From NCBI GenBank assembly GCA_000002445.1, contig CP000068.1, positions 1,440,001 through 1,504,000 on the forward strand: a stretch of 64,000 nt of DNA. The letters run 5' to 3'. This DNA comes from Trypanosoma brucei (Eukaryota). Positions within the stretch are counted from its first letter, which is position 1. Every line of letters starts with the position of its first letter. Below, piece after piece: positions 26,700-37,062 of this stretch. The notes under the pieces were generated by a model. The model saw only the letters and a list, made by a program, of their open reading frames with translations, searched no databases and was not told where the DNA came from. A program made the translations under genes and the position numbers.

Positions 26700-28230
26700 T
26701 CCGAAATCTTAAGAAATTCAAGAAAATTTCTTATTTACGAGGAAACTGGACTATTTGCGAGGTTCGCTCTCCCACTTACATTCCGGATATTTACAGTCTT
26801 TTTGCTCTTTTCCTTCGCACTTGGAGTCATTTTTCCAATCATTTCCTACTGTTTTGTCTGCTTCTTTTTGTGCTTTTCCCCTTTCTCTCTCAGTACACAT
26901 TTTGGTCTATCTTTTATGTTGGCATCGTATTTGCAGTTTTTGTCATCATTGCACTTTTCGGCGTCTGTTTTTTCGTTGCAAGTTTTCTCTATTGATTTTA
27001 CTTCTTTTTTGCCATTTTTATGTTCATGGCTTTCACTTTTAGTTTGTTGTTTTCAGCTTGTTGCAAGAAAATTTGGGATTTATATGCGTTGATTTTGTAA
27101 CTGAGATATTGAATCAGTTTCTTCGGTGTGTTAAGTTCAGCCACAGTGTCGGCCTCAGATTTTTCTGCCTGTTGTTTATCTATTGGTGTATTTTGTATAG
27201 TGATCCACAACTTTTTTAGGTTGGGGCCAGCATCTCCTGCCATTCTTTTGAATGTCCCTTCCGCCTTCTGGTCCGCCGGGTCGTCATTCTTCGCAAGCCT
27301 GCTTTGCACTGCCAGCTCCGCTTTTATTGGCTTTATCAGGCTTTCGGTCGCTATGGTGTTGATGAGGTCCTATTGCGTTTCCTCAGCCTGTGCCGGTTGT
27401 CTGTTTTCTAGATTGTTGAGCAAATGATGGGCTAAGTTGATTATCTTTTTGTTGCCGATCGGTTTTGTCTGTGGCGTCTTCCCGACGCCGTGGACTAGTA
27501 GTGCCGCATTGCCGTCTGCTGTGAATTTTAATATAACGGCCATGGTTTTTTGTTTGTCTGGATTGAATTTGTGTTACCGGTGTTCCTGGCTGCGGTGGGT
27601 ACACATTTGTTGTCTTCTGTGTTTGTTGCTGCTAGGTTTGGTCGTACGCGCGTCAGCTCTGAAAACCATGCAGGTATTATTTTTGTGTTGCTGATTTTGG
27701 TTACCGCTGCCGTCAGCGGTGACAGTTTGACTGTGCATCGACTTAGGATCGCGTCATCTGCTGCTGTGCTGGCTGCTGTTTGAGTGTTTAGGCACCGGCC
27801 ACTGCTTGACTGTGCGTCCAGAAGGCTTTTCAGAGTTTGCTCGATGTGGCCGGGACGGGTCGACGCTACCGCCGCCGCTTCAATATTTTGGAGTGTGTCA
27901 CTTACCACCCCGTTTAGGCTTGCTGTGAGGCCGCTTATCGCTGTGGAAGTTACAACACTGAGTGCAAGGGTTGCATTGGTGTCGCCTACTGTTGCTGCTC
28001 TTGAAAGCGGTGCTATTGCCAACGTAAGCGATGTTTGACCTTTTTTGGTTTCTTGTAGTGCGATCCAGGTTACTCTACTTGGCGCTTTCGCTGGGTTCGC
28101 TGTAAAGGTACAGGCCTTTGTCTACGCTGCATAGCCGCTGGGGTTGCTGCCTCCGTCTGTTAGTTTTGTCAGTGGGCTGAGCAACGTTACAGCAACCGCT
28201 AAGCGTACAGATTCTATTTGAATAGCCGTT
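26700..28230 (-). pseudogene. VSG-related pseudogene (no signal peptide found; in-frame stop in the GPI-tail region)
   Basis: ORFs 27528-28022 and 26998-27309 are Ala/Thr/Ser-rich with spaced Cys. The 3' end and downstream region (26440-26760) are homologous to the 3' end of the VSG-related gene at 59778-61330, where the tail reads 'KDYSFLFNKKFSW'. Here the corresponding stretch reads 'QIVQFPRK*'. Confidence 0.5.
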
Positions 28231-29049
28231 TTTGAATGTTCTAGTATGCCTATCTCTAATATTCCCTCCCTCTTTTTTCTTCCTTTACTTTCGCGATGCT
28301 ATTTTCTTTTATTGCCATTTTTCAGCTTGAAAAAGGCTACGGATTTGGTTCTGTGCCGTCTTTCCTGCGACTACAGTTTTTCCTGTCTCGATTCTTGCTC
28401 TAGCGTCCTGTTTTTTAGCTGGTGGCGAAGGACACTTCGCTACTGTTCGCTGTAGTTAGGTTAGCAATCGTATTTTCTAGTTTTTGGCACAAATGTAATG
28501 CATATTTGGCCATTATCTATTAAACCTTCTCTGCATTATTGCCACCGTTGCAATAATACCCCAAATTTAACCTTCGAATCCTCAGCGTTTTCTAAGTTTA
28601 ATATTTAACATTAAAGTACCCCATTATATAAAAAATCAGAGTCACTACCATCATCTCCTCTGTATCATCTATCCATTGTTGTGTAAAAATGGCACATCAT
28701 TGTTTGCTCCTGATGTATCATTGTTCGCTGGGCTTCCACCTAGTCTGTCATTTCGTTGAAAAGTTTCATCTTTCCTTTTTCCTCTGGTATCGCCGCTTCT
28801 ATATATAACGAATACATTTGGCTTGTAAACCGTGCTCTCTTTCTCTCTTTCTACACCTTATTATTCTCTCCATCATCTACTTGTGATTGAAGCTGAGCAT
28901 ATTACACGTCCCTGCTGTTCCGCTTTTCCTCTAGCAATACTCCTTTTGATAAATTCTTCTTACCAGCTGGCCCACCCACTAACTCACTCTCATTGCAACC
29001 GTTACTTTTGTTTAACTGCTTCTATTGTGGTTGTCCATTGAGTTCTCAT

Positions 29050-29130
29050 TACTAACCTTATTATAATATTTGTATACACACACGCACTACAGACTCTAGT
29101 ATCATTAGCATTACTATTATAATATCACCT
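29050..29130 (-). repeat. 70-bp repeat, single copy
   Basis: 'ttataatatttgtatacacacacgcactacagactctagtatcattagcattactattataatat'. Confidence 0.7.
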
Positions 29131-29329
29131 AAATATTTATAAAATATTTAAAATAAGAGGATAAATTGAAATTAGAATAGCATTCGTTTTTAATGCACTA
29201 TCACCTCGCTACTTTGCATACACATTCCAGTACGATACAAAAAATTTCACTAACCTTCACAATTTAGTTAAGAAATGTTAAAATATAGAAAGTTCTTGTA
29301 AATTATAAAAATAATTAAAATAGCAAATT

Positions 29330-29600
29330 CATAAAAGGAGCAGCCATCAGGGCCATTTTTTTCCTAGTAGAAAACTACTATTTCGACACTTCTCCGTATT
29401 CCTGTCGTCTTCACCATCTTTACCCTTCCGCCATGCACAATTTCGTTTACCGTCTGTTTTGTCATTCTTAGAAGCGGCTTTATATATATGCGTTGCAAAT
29501 CCAGCTGCAGCTGCTCCCTCTTTTGGTATCAGTCCTGTTCCTGCTGCTGTGGTTTCTACTCCTGCTTTAGGTTTGTACTCTTTTTTTGTTGTCATCATAG
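29330..29600 (-). pseudogene. Orphan VSG 3' fragment (C-terminal ~85 codons plus GPI tail)
   Basis: ORF 29347-29598 reads '...KNDKTDGKRNCAWRKGKDGEDDRNTEKCRNSSFLLGKKWP*'. The next frame continues 'KKMALMAA...'. This is a VSG C-terminal domain and GPI signal with no N-terminal domain upstream. What lies upstream instead is the A-tract block and the telomere repeats. Confidence 0.6.
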
Positions 29601-29759
29601 TTGCAGCCGGAAGCTGCGCATCCTTCTGTGGTCTTGCTCGTGACAGCTTTGAATTTATTCTGTTCCTCTTCTGTTATCTTCTAAAGAGATCCCTTTCGTT
29701 AGTCGTAGGGATGAAACTCGAAACCGCAAGATGGGCGTTGATGGTGCCGCTGGCTTACT

Positions 29760-30240
29760 GATAACGAATATAGGAAAAATTTGATTGAACATGGCTGGCT
29801 GCCGAATAAGGTGGCCAACCGCTTTAAAAAAACCGGCACGCCGTTTAAAAAAATATATTTAACAAAGCTACAAAAAAAAGAATTCAAAAAATTCAAAAAC
29901 CTAAAAAAATAGGGGGAAAGGAAATCATGTGACTGCTGTCGCTTAAAAAATTAAAAGGTTAAAATAAAAAATTAAAGTCGAAAAAAATTTAACCGTAAAA
30001 AAAACAAGTCGTAGCGTCACCGCGAATGAAAAAAAAAAACTGGGTTGACGGCGTGGGTAGGAAAAAAGTCGCCGCTAGACTGATGTCGAAAAAAGTTAGG
30101 GTCCGCATAACAAAACAGCCGCTGAATCACTTTTAAAAAAATTAAAAAATTAGCAAACTTATTGTAAACAAGTAAAAAAAAGAGCAAAAAAACAAAAACA
30201 ATTAAATGAAAGAAAATCAAAAAATAGTTAGAGTAAAATT
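29760..30240. other. A-tract-punctuated low-complexity block abutting the telomere repeats
   Basis: Short GC-rich islands of 10-20 nt ('ccggcacgccg', 'gtgactgctgtcgc', 'gtcgtagcgtcaccgcg', 'gggttgacggcgtgggtagg', 'gtcgccgctagactgatgtcg', 'cagccgctgaatcac') are separated every ~20-35 bp by A6-A11 tracts, often as 'ttaaaaaa(a)tt'. No coding potential on either strand. It is unlike the VSG flanks elsewhere in the window. Confidence 0.5.
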
Positions 30241-30243
30241 AAA

Positions 30244-30360
30244 CCTAACCCTAACCCTAACCCTAACCCTAACCCTAACCTTAACCCTAATCCTAACCCT
30301 AACCCTAACGCTAACCCTAACCCTAACCCTAACCCTACCTAACCTCCTAACTAACTAACC
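30244..30360 (-). repeat. Interstitial telomere repeat tract, (TTAGGG)n on the minus strand, ~17 units
   Basis: Reads 'cctaaccctaaccctaaccctaaccctaaccctaaccTtaaccctaaTcctaaccctaaccctaacGctaaccctaaccctaaccctaaccctacctaacctcctaactaactaacc'. The variant and degenerate units cluster at the VSG-proximal (right) side. That is what a subtelomere-telomere junction looks like when the chromosome end lies to the left. Confidence 0.9.
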
Positions 30361-30474
30361 TTCCTACAAAAATAAAAAAAAAAGGGAAAGAAGAAAAAAA
30401 TTTTAGTTACCAGAAAATATTTTTATCAGAATCACAAACTTACAAACAAAGTTCAATTTTTCGGCTGAATTTAG

Positions 30475-30490
30475 GTGTTAAAATATATCA
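30475..30490 (-). promoter_or_regulatory. VSG 3'UTR 16-mer stability element (perfect match)
   Basis: 'gtgttaaaatatatca' is the reverse complement of TGATATATTTTAACAC. It lies ~40 nt downstream of the stop of the VSG at 30531-31987. Confidence 0.85.
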
Positions 30491-30530
30491 GAAGTTTTCA
30501 AGTGGCAAAATTCTTTTTAAAGAGAGGGGG

Positions 30531-31987
30531 AAATTAAAAAAGCGAAAATTCAGGCCAAAGAGGGACTTTGTTAATCACAAATGAATTGCTTGCTGTGGTG
30601 TTTGTGGGTTTTCCATCTTCTTTTTTTCCCTCTACTTCTTTGTTGGCTTCCTCACTCAGTGTGCACTTTTTGTTTGCATCAGTGGCATTCTCTTTCCATT
30701 TGCATGGGGATTTGCATTCATTTTGTCCCTTCTTGTTGCAGGTTTCTTCTGTTTCAGTGATTTGCGGTTTGCATGCCTTTTTAGCTGCATCAGCTACCGC
30801 TAACATACTTTTGCCTTCAAAGTAACTGACTGCTACTTCGAAATCGTCAGACCTTGCTATATCCTCTAGCGACTTTTCAGGTTGGTCCTTTTCCAGTTTT
30901 TTGAAACTTACTCGCGTGCTTTTCAGTCCAGTAATAAATGTCGCCGAAAAATTTGAGGCATCTCCTATTAGTTCTTGCAATGCCCCTTGTACTGCCGTCT
31001 TCCCTTCGCCTGTTGTTGGGTCGCTTACTTTCTTTGGCCCCATCATCAAATTGTTTGCTGCTTGTAGTGCTTCTGGCGAATTTTTTATCGCTTCTGGGGT
31101 TATTGCTGCAAGTGATGGCGCCGGATTTGCTGCGCTTTGTTGGGCCTCGCAAAGCAGCCGAGCTAGTCGATCGCTGGGTGGCTCGTCGGCGGTGCTGCTC
31201 GGGGCGTCTTTGCATTTGGTTTCTCCGTGAGTTGTTTGTTTCAGCGGCTTGGGTGTCGTCCCAGTTTGCGTCGTTCCTGGCCATGTTATTCCGGCGGTTA
31301 GAGTGCCGGTGCCGCTGTTGGCTGTTATGCACGTTGTCCCGCTGGCTCTGCTGAATGTGTCTGATGCCAGCGTGTTTGTTAGAGTTGCGCCGTTCGTTAG
31401 TACTGCGAGATCCGTTGTGTCCGATACTTTGATTTTTGTGGCGGCTGTTGGTGCCGTCAAGGGTACATTAACACCCGCGTCCGCCAGAGTTTTGAAGTTG
31501 CAGCTGCTGTCGGGGCGGGCAGTTATCGTCATCGTCTGTTTGCACGTTGTTGAGTCAGGCGTCGTCGCTGTTCCTAGAGTTGCTGTTTTCTGAAGCTCGA
31601 AAGCATGCTGGCGCCCGCGTAAATAGCCTTCGTGTCGGGACATTGCTACGATGAGGTCGACCTCTTTGTGCATCTTCTCGTTCTGTGCCTTGCCGACTTG
31701 CTTCAAGAGGGTCGTCGCATACGCTTTTAGAACAGCGTAGAAATGCTTTTTTTCGGGTCTGTCTCCACTCCCCTTGCGAGGTCCCACACTTTTGTCATCG
31801 TTGCAAGGCTTTCGCTGCTTGGGCCGCTTTGTTTAATTCGCGGAGTGTAAGTTTCGACAGCTGTTTTGAAATAAACTGCTTCTTTGCATGGAGTGTTTAT
31901 TGCGCTAAGCATGTCGTCCTCTGGTGTCGCCTGCGAGATGGTTACCACCGCTGCATAAAACAGAAGGCCGACCGTGGATGGTGCCAT
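30531..31987 (-). pseudogene. Telomere-repeat-adjacent VSG, full length except one frameshift and an altered GPI tail
   Basis: N-terminal ORF 31727-31987 has the signal peptide 'MAPSTVGLLFYAAVVTISQA'. The main ORF 30534-31787 (417 codons) carries a VSG N-terminal domain and the C-terminal domain '...CNKKGQNECKSPCKWKENATDANKKCTLSEE...NTTASNSFVINKVPLWPEFSLF*'. The two frames overlap over 31727-31787, which contains a T7 homopolymer (~31747-31753). The frameshift could therefore be real or a sequencing indel. Confidence 0.85.
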
Positions 31988-33239
31988 ATTTATTCCGCCT
32001 AAATAAGCAACCTCAATGTATTTAAAAAAATTTGATTAGCAGTGGGTTGGTTTGCAAACATGTTATGTTGGACTGGCTTGTTTAAATTCAAACACTTGGA
32101 ATTTAAAATTTTACAAACCAAATTTCTTGTCCACGTATCAAATTTCTCACCTACTTGTCAAGCGAACCAGCATTGTACAACTTTAAAAACCTTTAAAAAA
32201 TATTACAATTATATATACAATTTTAATCTTTGCGTCCGATAGCCGCTTCTGTTTTATACAACTGCATACTTCTCAGTCGAAACTGTAACAAAGAAGTGGA
32301 ACCACGCTTTTTCAAGAATAAAAACTGTCTTTTATTCCGTTCATCTTATTTCAGTTTACGTCTCTGGAATTTAAGAATTGGACATTTGCGTCCAGCAAGC
32401 GTTTTTTATGCTTTGCTTTCGTCCATACGATTCTTTATGCCAGCATAAGGTTCAATATTCATGTGTATTGCTCGTTATTTAAATGATGTTTGCGGACGGC
32501 GGTTCCACCAGCAGGTCTGTGTGGCACTGACGCTGCCAATTATCTATACTGTGTAAAGTTCCACCATTGCGTCATTTACGCATATTATAGGCAGTTTCAA
32601 CATTTTTTTCTTCTTTTTACTATTCGCAATAATCTATTAGCAGTCCTCGTTACAAAAATTTCCCTCTCAAAAATGTTATATTGTTTCTCACAAATGTTAG
32701 CCATTACTATAATTAATGAGAAAAAGACATTGACGACACCTCATTTTTACGCAATACCTCCTCTCTGTTTCTGCTTTTTCCTCTTCACAACTTGGAATTA
32801 GAATCCGTCATAAGCCTATAAATCAAAGTCCATACCATCACAGCTGTTAAAACTATGCCCCTTTCTGCTAAATACACAACAGAATTAACTCATATGCTTC
32901 ATTTGATGTATTATTTTCTTCTGCTTTGTGTTATAATTTCTTTTTACCAGGTATGTCTTTCCTTCTTGTCGTTTCATAGTTCTTGTTCTGTTACTGGGAG
33001 CAACGTAGAAATAAAACTTCCCACTGACACTGCTCTCACCGTTATCAAGTGCTTGTCCACAACGATCGCACTACTCGAGTTTGTGTTTCAAACTCCGGTT
33101 TTTCAATTTCCTTTTCCACTATCTTTGCCTGACGGTGATTTCTTTAATATGCCTCTTGTTGTCCCTTTCTTTCTTTCTTGTTCCTTACCTTAAAGTCATT
33201 TTCTATTACCGTTGCTTTATGTGTTTCTATTTCAACTGT

Positions 33240-34030
33240 GCGTTTAGTCTTTATTATTATCATTATTATCATTAATGTTATTACTGCTCTCATTATAATA
33301 TTCGTATATACACACTCACAACACTTTCCTATTATTATTATTACTATTTATACTATTACTGCTCTTATTATAATATTCGTATATACACACTCACAACACT
33401 TTCCTATTATCATTATTATCATTAATGTTATTACTGCTCTCATTATAATATTCGTATATACACACTCACAACACTTTCCTATTATCATTATTATCATTAA
33501 TGTTATTACTGCTCTCATTATAATATTCGTATATACACACTCACAACACTTTCCTATTATCATTATTATCATTAATGTTATTACTGCTCTCATTATAATA
33601 TTCGTATATACACACTCACAACACTTTCCTATTATTATTATTACTATTTATACTATTACTGCTCTTATTATAATATTCGTATATACACACTCACAACACT
33701 TTCCTATTATCATTATTATCATTAATGTTATTACTGCTCTCATTATAATATTCGTATATACACACTCACAACACTTTCCTATTATCATTATTATCATTAA
33801 TGTTATTACTGCTCTCATTATAATATTCGTATATACACACTCACAACACTTTCCTATTATTATTATTACTATTTATACTATTACTGCTCTCATTATAATA
33901 TTCGTATATACACACTCACAACACTTTCCTATTATTATTATTACTATTTATACTATTACTGCTCTTATTATAATATTCGTATATACATACTCACAACACT
34001 GTTCTATCATTATTACAATTATAACTATTA
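33240..34030 (-). repeat. 70-bp repeat tandem array, ~10 copies of 76-77 bp, two alternating subtypes
   Basis: Repeated unit '...attactgctct(c/t)attataatattcgtatatacacactcacaacactttcctatta...'. The spacer is either 'tcattattatcattaatgtt' or 'ttattattactatttatact'. The order is II,I,II,II,II,I,II,II,I,I. It lies ~1.25 kb upstream of the telomere-adjacent VSG. Confidence 0.9.
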
Positions 34031-34274
34031 TAACCCTAAACAATACCCATATATTAAAATTAATAAAATCAACCAAATTATAATACAGCTATATTTTTAT
34101 TCCCCATTACATTTTTTTGTACCTACAGGGCGCTATCATGACAATTTTTTAAATTTCACTAATTTAAACATTTCATCACATAAGTATTAAAATATATATA
34201 ATTTTATTCAAATAGCAAAGTTTTATAAAGTTTTATAAAATTGAGGAAAAATCTTTAAAATGATACTAAACTCA

Positions 34275-35820
34275 CAAAATCAGCAGCCATCAGAGCAAAT
34301 TTCTTATTGAAGAGAAAACTCGATTTCTTGCACTTGCCTTCAATCCATCCGAAAGAGCTTTTTTATCTTTTGCAATATCACCTTTTACTGCAGCACATTC
34401 TTCAGCAGTTTTAGCAGCACAGCACTTCTCTGTTGGTGTTTTTTTGAGCTCCTGTCGTTTGAGGTGCTTGTTTTTCTAGCTTAACGGGTTAAATTTTGAA
34501 TTTTCTGTTTGCATCACTTTCAGATTGGTTCCACGCAAAGGGCCATTTGCAGGCTGTGTTAGTTTTATGCTTATTGCGGTCGGCTGCCGTTATGGTGGTT
34601 TGCGTAGGAATCGTGGGCACATTGGTTTGGGCAGGCTTCTTAGAGACAAAAAGCTTTCATCTGAGCCTCTACTGCTTTGACTTTTTAAAGAAGCGCCATC
34701 TCCCCCGCGCTTGCCGCTGCCAGTTTCTCGATTGCCGCTGCGGCTTTGCTTATCTCATTCGCCCACGCTATGCCCTTGCTGTCTTTTACCATGTCGTTGT
34801 AATCAATACAAATGCATGTAGATTGCGTAGTCTTGCCGGACGAAGCACTGGCACAGGACGGGGCCTGACCGTTTTTTATTATGTACCGCCCGATTATATT
34901 TTTCCTGTTTGCTTGAAGGCCCGTTCCGTCTAGGTTTCCAGCCGTTGCGCTGCCACAGTTTGAACTGCCGCTGGCGAAAAAGTTGCTGACTGCTTGTGTG
35001 AGGGTAGACGGTGAGAGCTCTAGCGGCCTCGGTGAGACCAGTTTTTCACACTGCGCTTTGATGCCGCTCCACAAAGTCCCTAGAGTCCCCTTGGATGTCG
35101 CGCCACTCAGGTTAGCCGTTCCTATGTTGCCGCTGCTTGCACAGGCGTCGTATGCTGCGCTTGCTGATTTGGTGCAAAGGCATATTGCGTCCGCTGCCAA
35201 TGCTCTGCTTGCACCGGTTAATGTTGTTGGTGGCTTCGCGCATTCGCTGTCTCGCATGTTGGTTCCCGTCCATGATAAAGTTGTTGACAGGTCGGATTGA
35301 AAGTCGGCGTCGGGGTCTGTTGTGTCTGCAAACCCCACCACGACAGTTTCACGATAAAGCGCTGTCACCATATGTTTTTTTTTTCTCGCCGCCGCAGCTT
35401 AGTTTCTTGTTGGTGAGCTACGTCAAAAGCGGTTCGTATGTCCTCTCATTTGTTTGCTAGTTTTGCCATCGGTTGCCGTAGGTGCTGTCGCGTCGTGGTT
35501 GGTGGTAGTGGAATATCATTCTCCTCTCTGAATTATTTTTTGTTTGTCCCATTAGGGTCTTGTAACTAGACTTCATATCGTCGAACTGCTTTTGGTCTTT
35601 GAAATGAGTTTTCTGTGGCGTTTTCTGGCTGACTTGTTCCCATTCACTCTCTGTTCCTGTGGCTGAAAGGATTGCTTCGACCTCGTCTGGGATTGTCGTT
35701 AGGCTTAAGAGAATAAAGTTCGATTGAACTGCTCCTGTCTGCTTCCGTGAACTGTTGGTTTCTTTTTTTGCACTTTTATGCTGTACCGGTTTGCTCGGCG
35801 CCCGTTGATAGATCACGCAT
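34275..35820 (-). pseudogene. VSG pseudogene (no signal peptide; frameshifted)
   Basis: ORF 34685-35371 has '...ADAICLCTKSASAAYDACASSGNIG...STCICIDYND...'. An upstream fragment 35457-35816 has '...EWEQVSQKTPQ...'. The C-terminus at ~34280-34480 reads '...GWIEGKCKKSSFLFNKKFALMAAD'. Confidence 0.7.
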
Positions 35821-37062
35821 ATGTCCTTGAATTCTATGGAAATTTCACCTGCTACTCTTACCCAGATGCCGCGAAAACGGTAGAAAATGTCAGTTTAAAG
35901 AAAATAGTGTCGTTGTGGAAGTTGGACTGCTGATTAAAAGGAAAAGAAACAAGCCGCATAAAGTTAGAAATATAAAACTACTTAAATACTGAGGAAAAGA
36001 CCCGAAGCTTGTATAGGATTCGGCTTGATAGTTATTGTGGTCCTATAAAAACAGCTATCAGTAAAGACAAGTAATCTTCATATTAAAGCCCAATCTATAT
36101 CATTATATATATATATCTCAAGCATTTTCACTTATGGTTGTTTTTGGTGCCTAATGTTGCCTAACTCCCATTACTTGAAGTTGGTTTAAATGACGATATA
36201 ACGGTGAAGCTTCACCCTTGCGCACGACTTTGACCATTCGTTAACACATAGGCTTCCTGGAACTCATAGTAGTTTTTAATATGGATGTCTATGATTTTTT
36301 CGCCATTTTTGGTACTATCGATGCCGCACAAGTGTGCATTCTTGTATAAATGAGAAGTTCCCTGAATGGGATAAACGTTTTTCTATCGATTAAAAGAGGA
36401 TAAGACGAGTATCATTCGAAACATTTTGTACTTTAGAAAGCTCTTCTGTGTTTTCCAATGCGCGCTTTTCTAACTTCTGCTGTCCTTTTTCCTTGCAGTT
36501 TACTCAACAGCATCTCCCTTTGCTGTCTTTACATGGAACTTTGTAGCTGAACTTTCTCGTACTTTGCTGTGTGCTTATCCACTCTCGAAGTCTACAAATT
36601 TTTGCGCCTTTTTGTACCTTTTTTATCGTAGCGTTTGAAAGTGCATAAAATTAGTGCATCTCTCTGTATTTCTACTTATTCTGACTCAATTTTATTGCAC
36701 ATTTCCTTTACTCCGTACTTCTATTTTGTACATGTCCATGGTATCATATACAAATCCTTTAAAAATATTAGCATGTATACTTTTACAACACATTCATATC
36801 AATATAATAATTACTGTTTCTGTTATAACCCTAACACTAATATCCACAGCATAAACTAAATAAACAAATTAGAAAATTATAATAGCACTCATTTTTAATA
36901 CAATATCAGACAAATACTTTGAACCCATAGGTCACAGTTATGCATATTTCAAATTTCCATAATCTGCGCAACTTGAAAAGGTTTTACGAAAGGATTAAAA
37001 TATATCATATTTTAGAAAATATAATAAATTTCATAAAATTTAGCAAACATCTTTTAAAAATT

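Noticed and set aside
33240-34030. Regular direct-repeat array resembling a CRISPR locus
   Set aside because: This is a eukaryotic (trypanosome) sequence. The units are contiguous 76-77 bp 70-bp repeats of two subtypes, without unique spacers, and with no cas context.
33178-34083. 301-aa ORF on the + strand with a striking internal periodicity ('IIIIIINVITALIIIFVYTHSQHFP...')
   Set aside because: It is simply a translation through the antisense strand of the tandem 70-bp repeat array. AT-rich repeats with no stops in one frame give a periodic pseudo-protein, not a gene.
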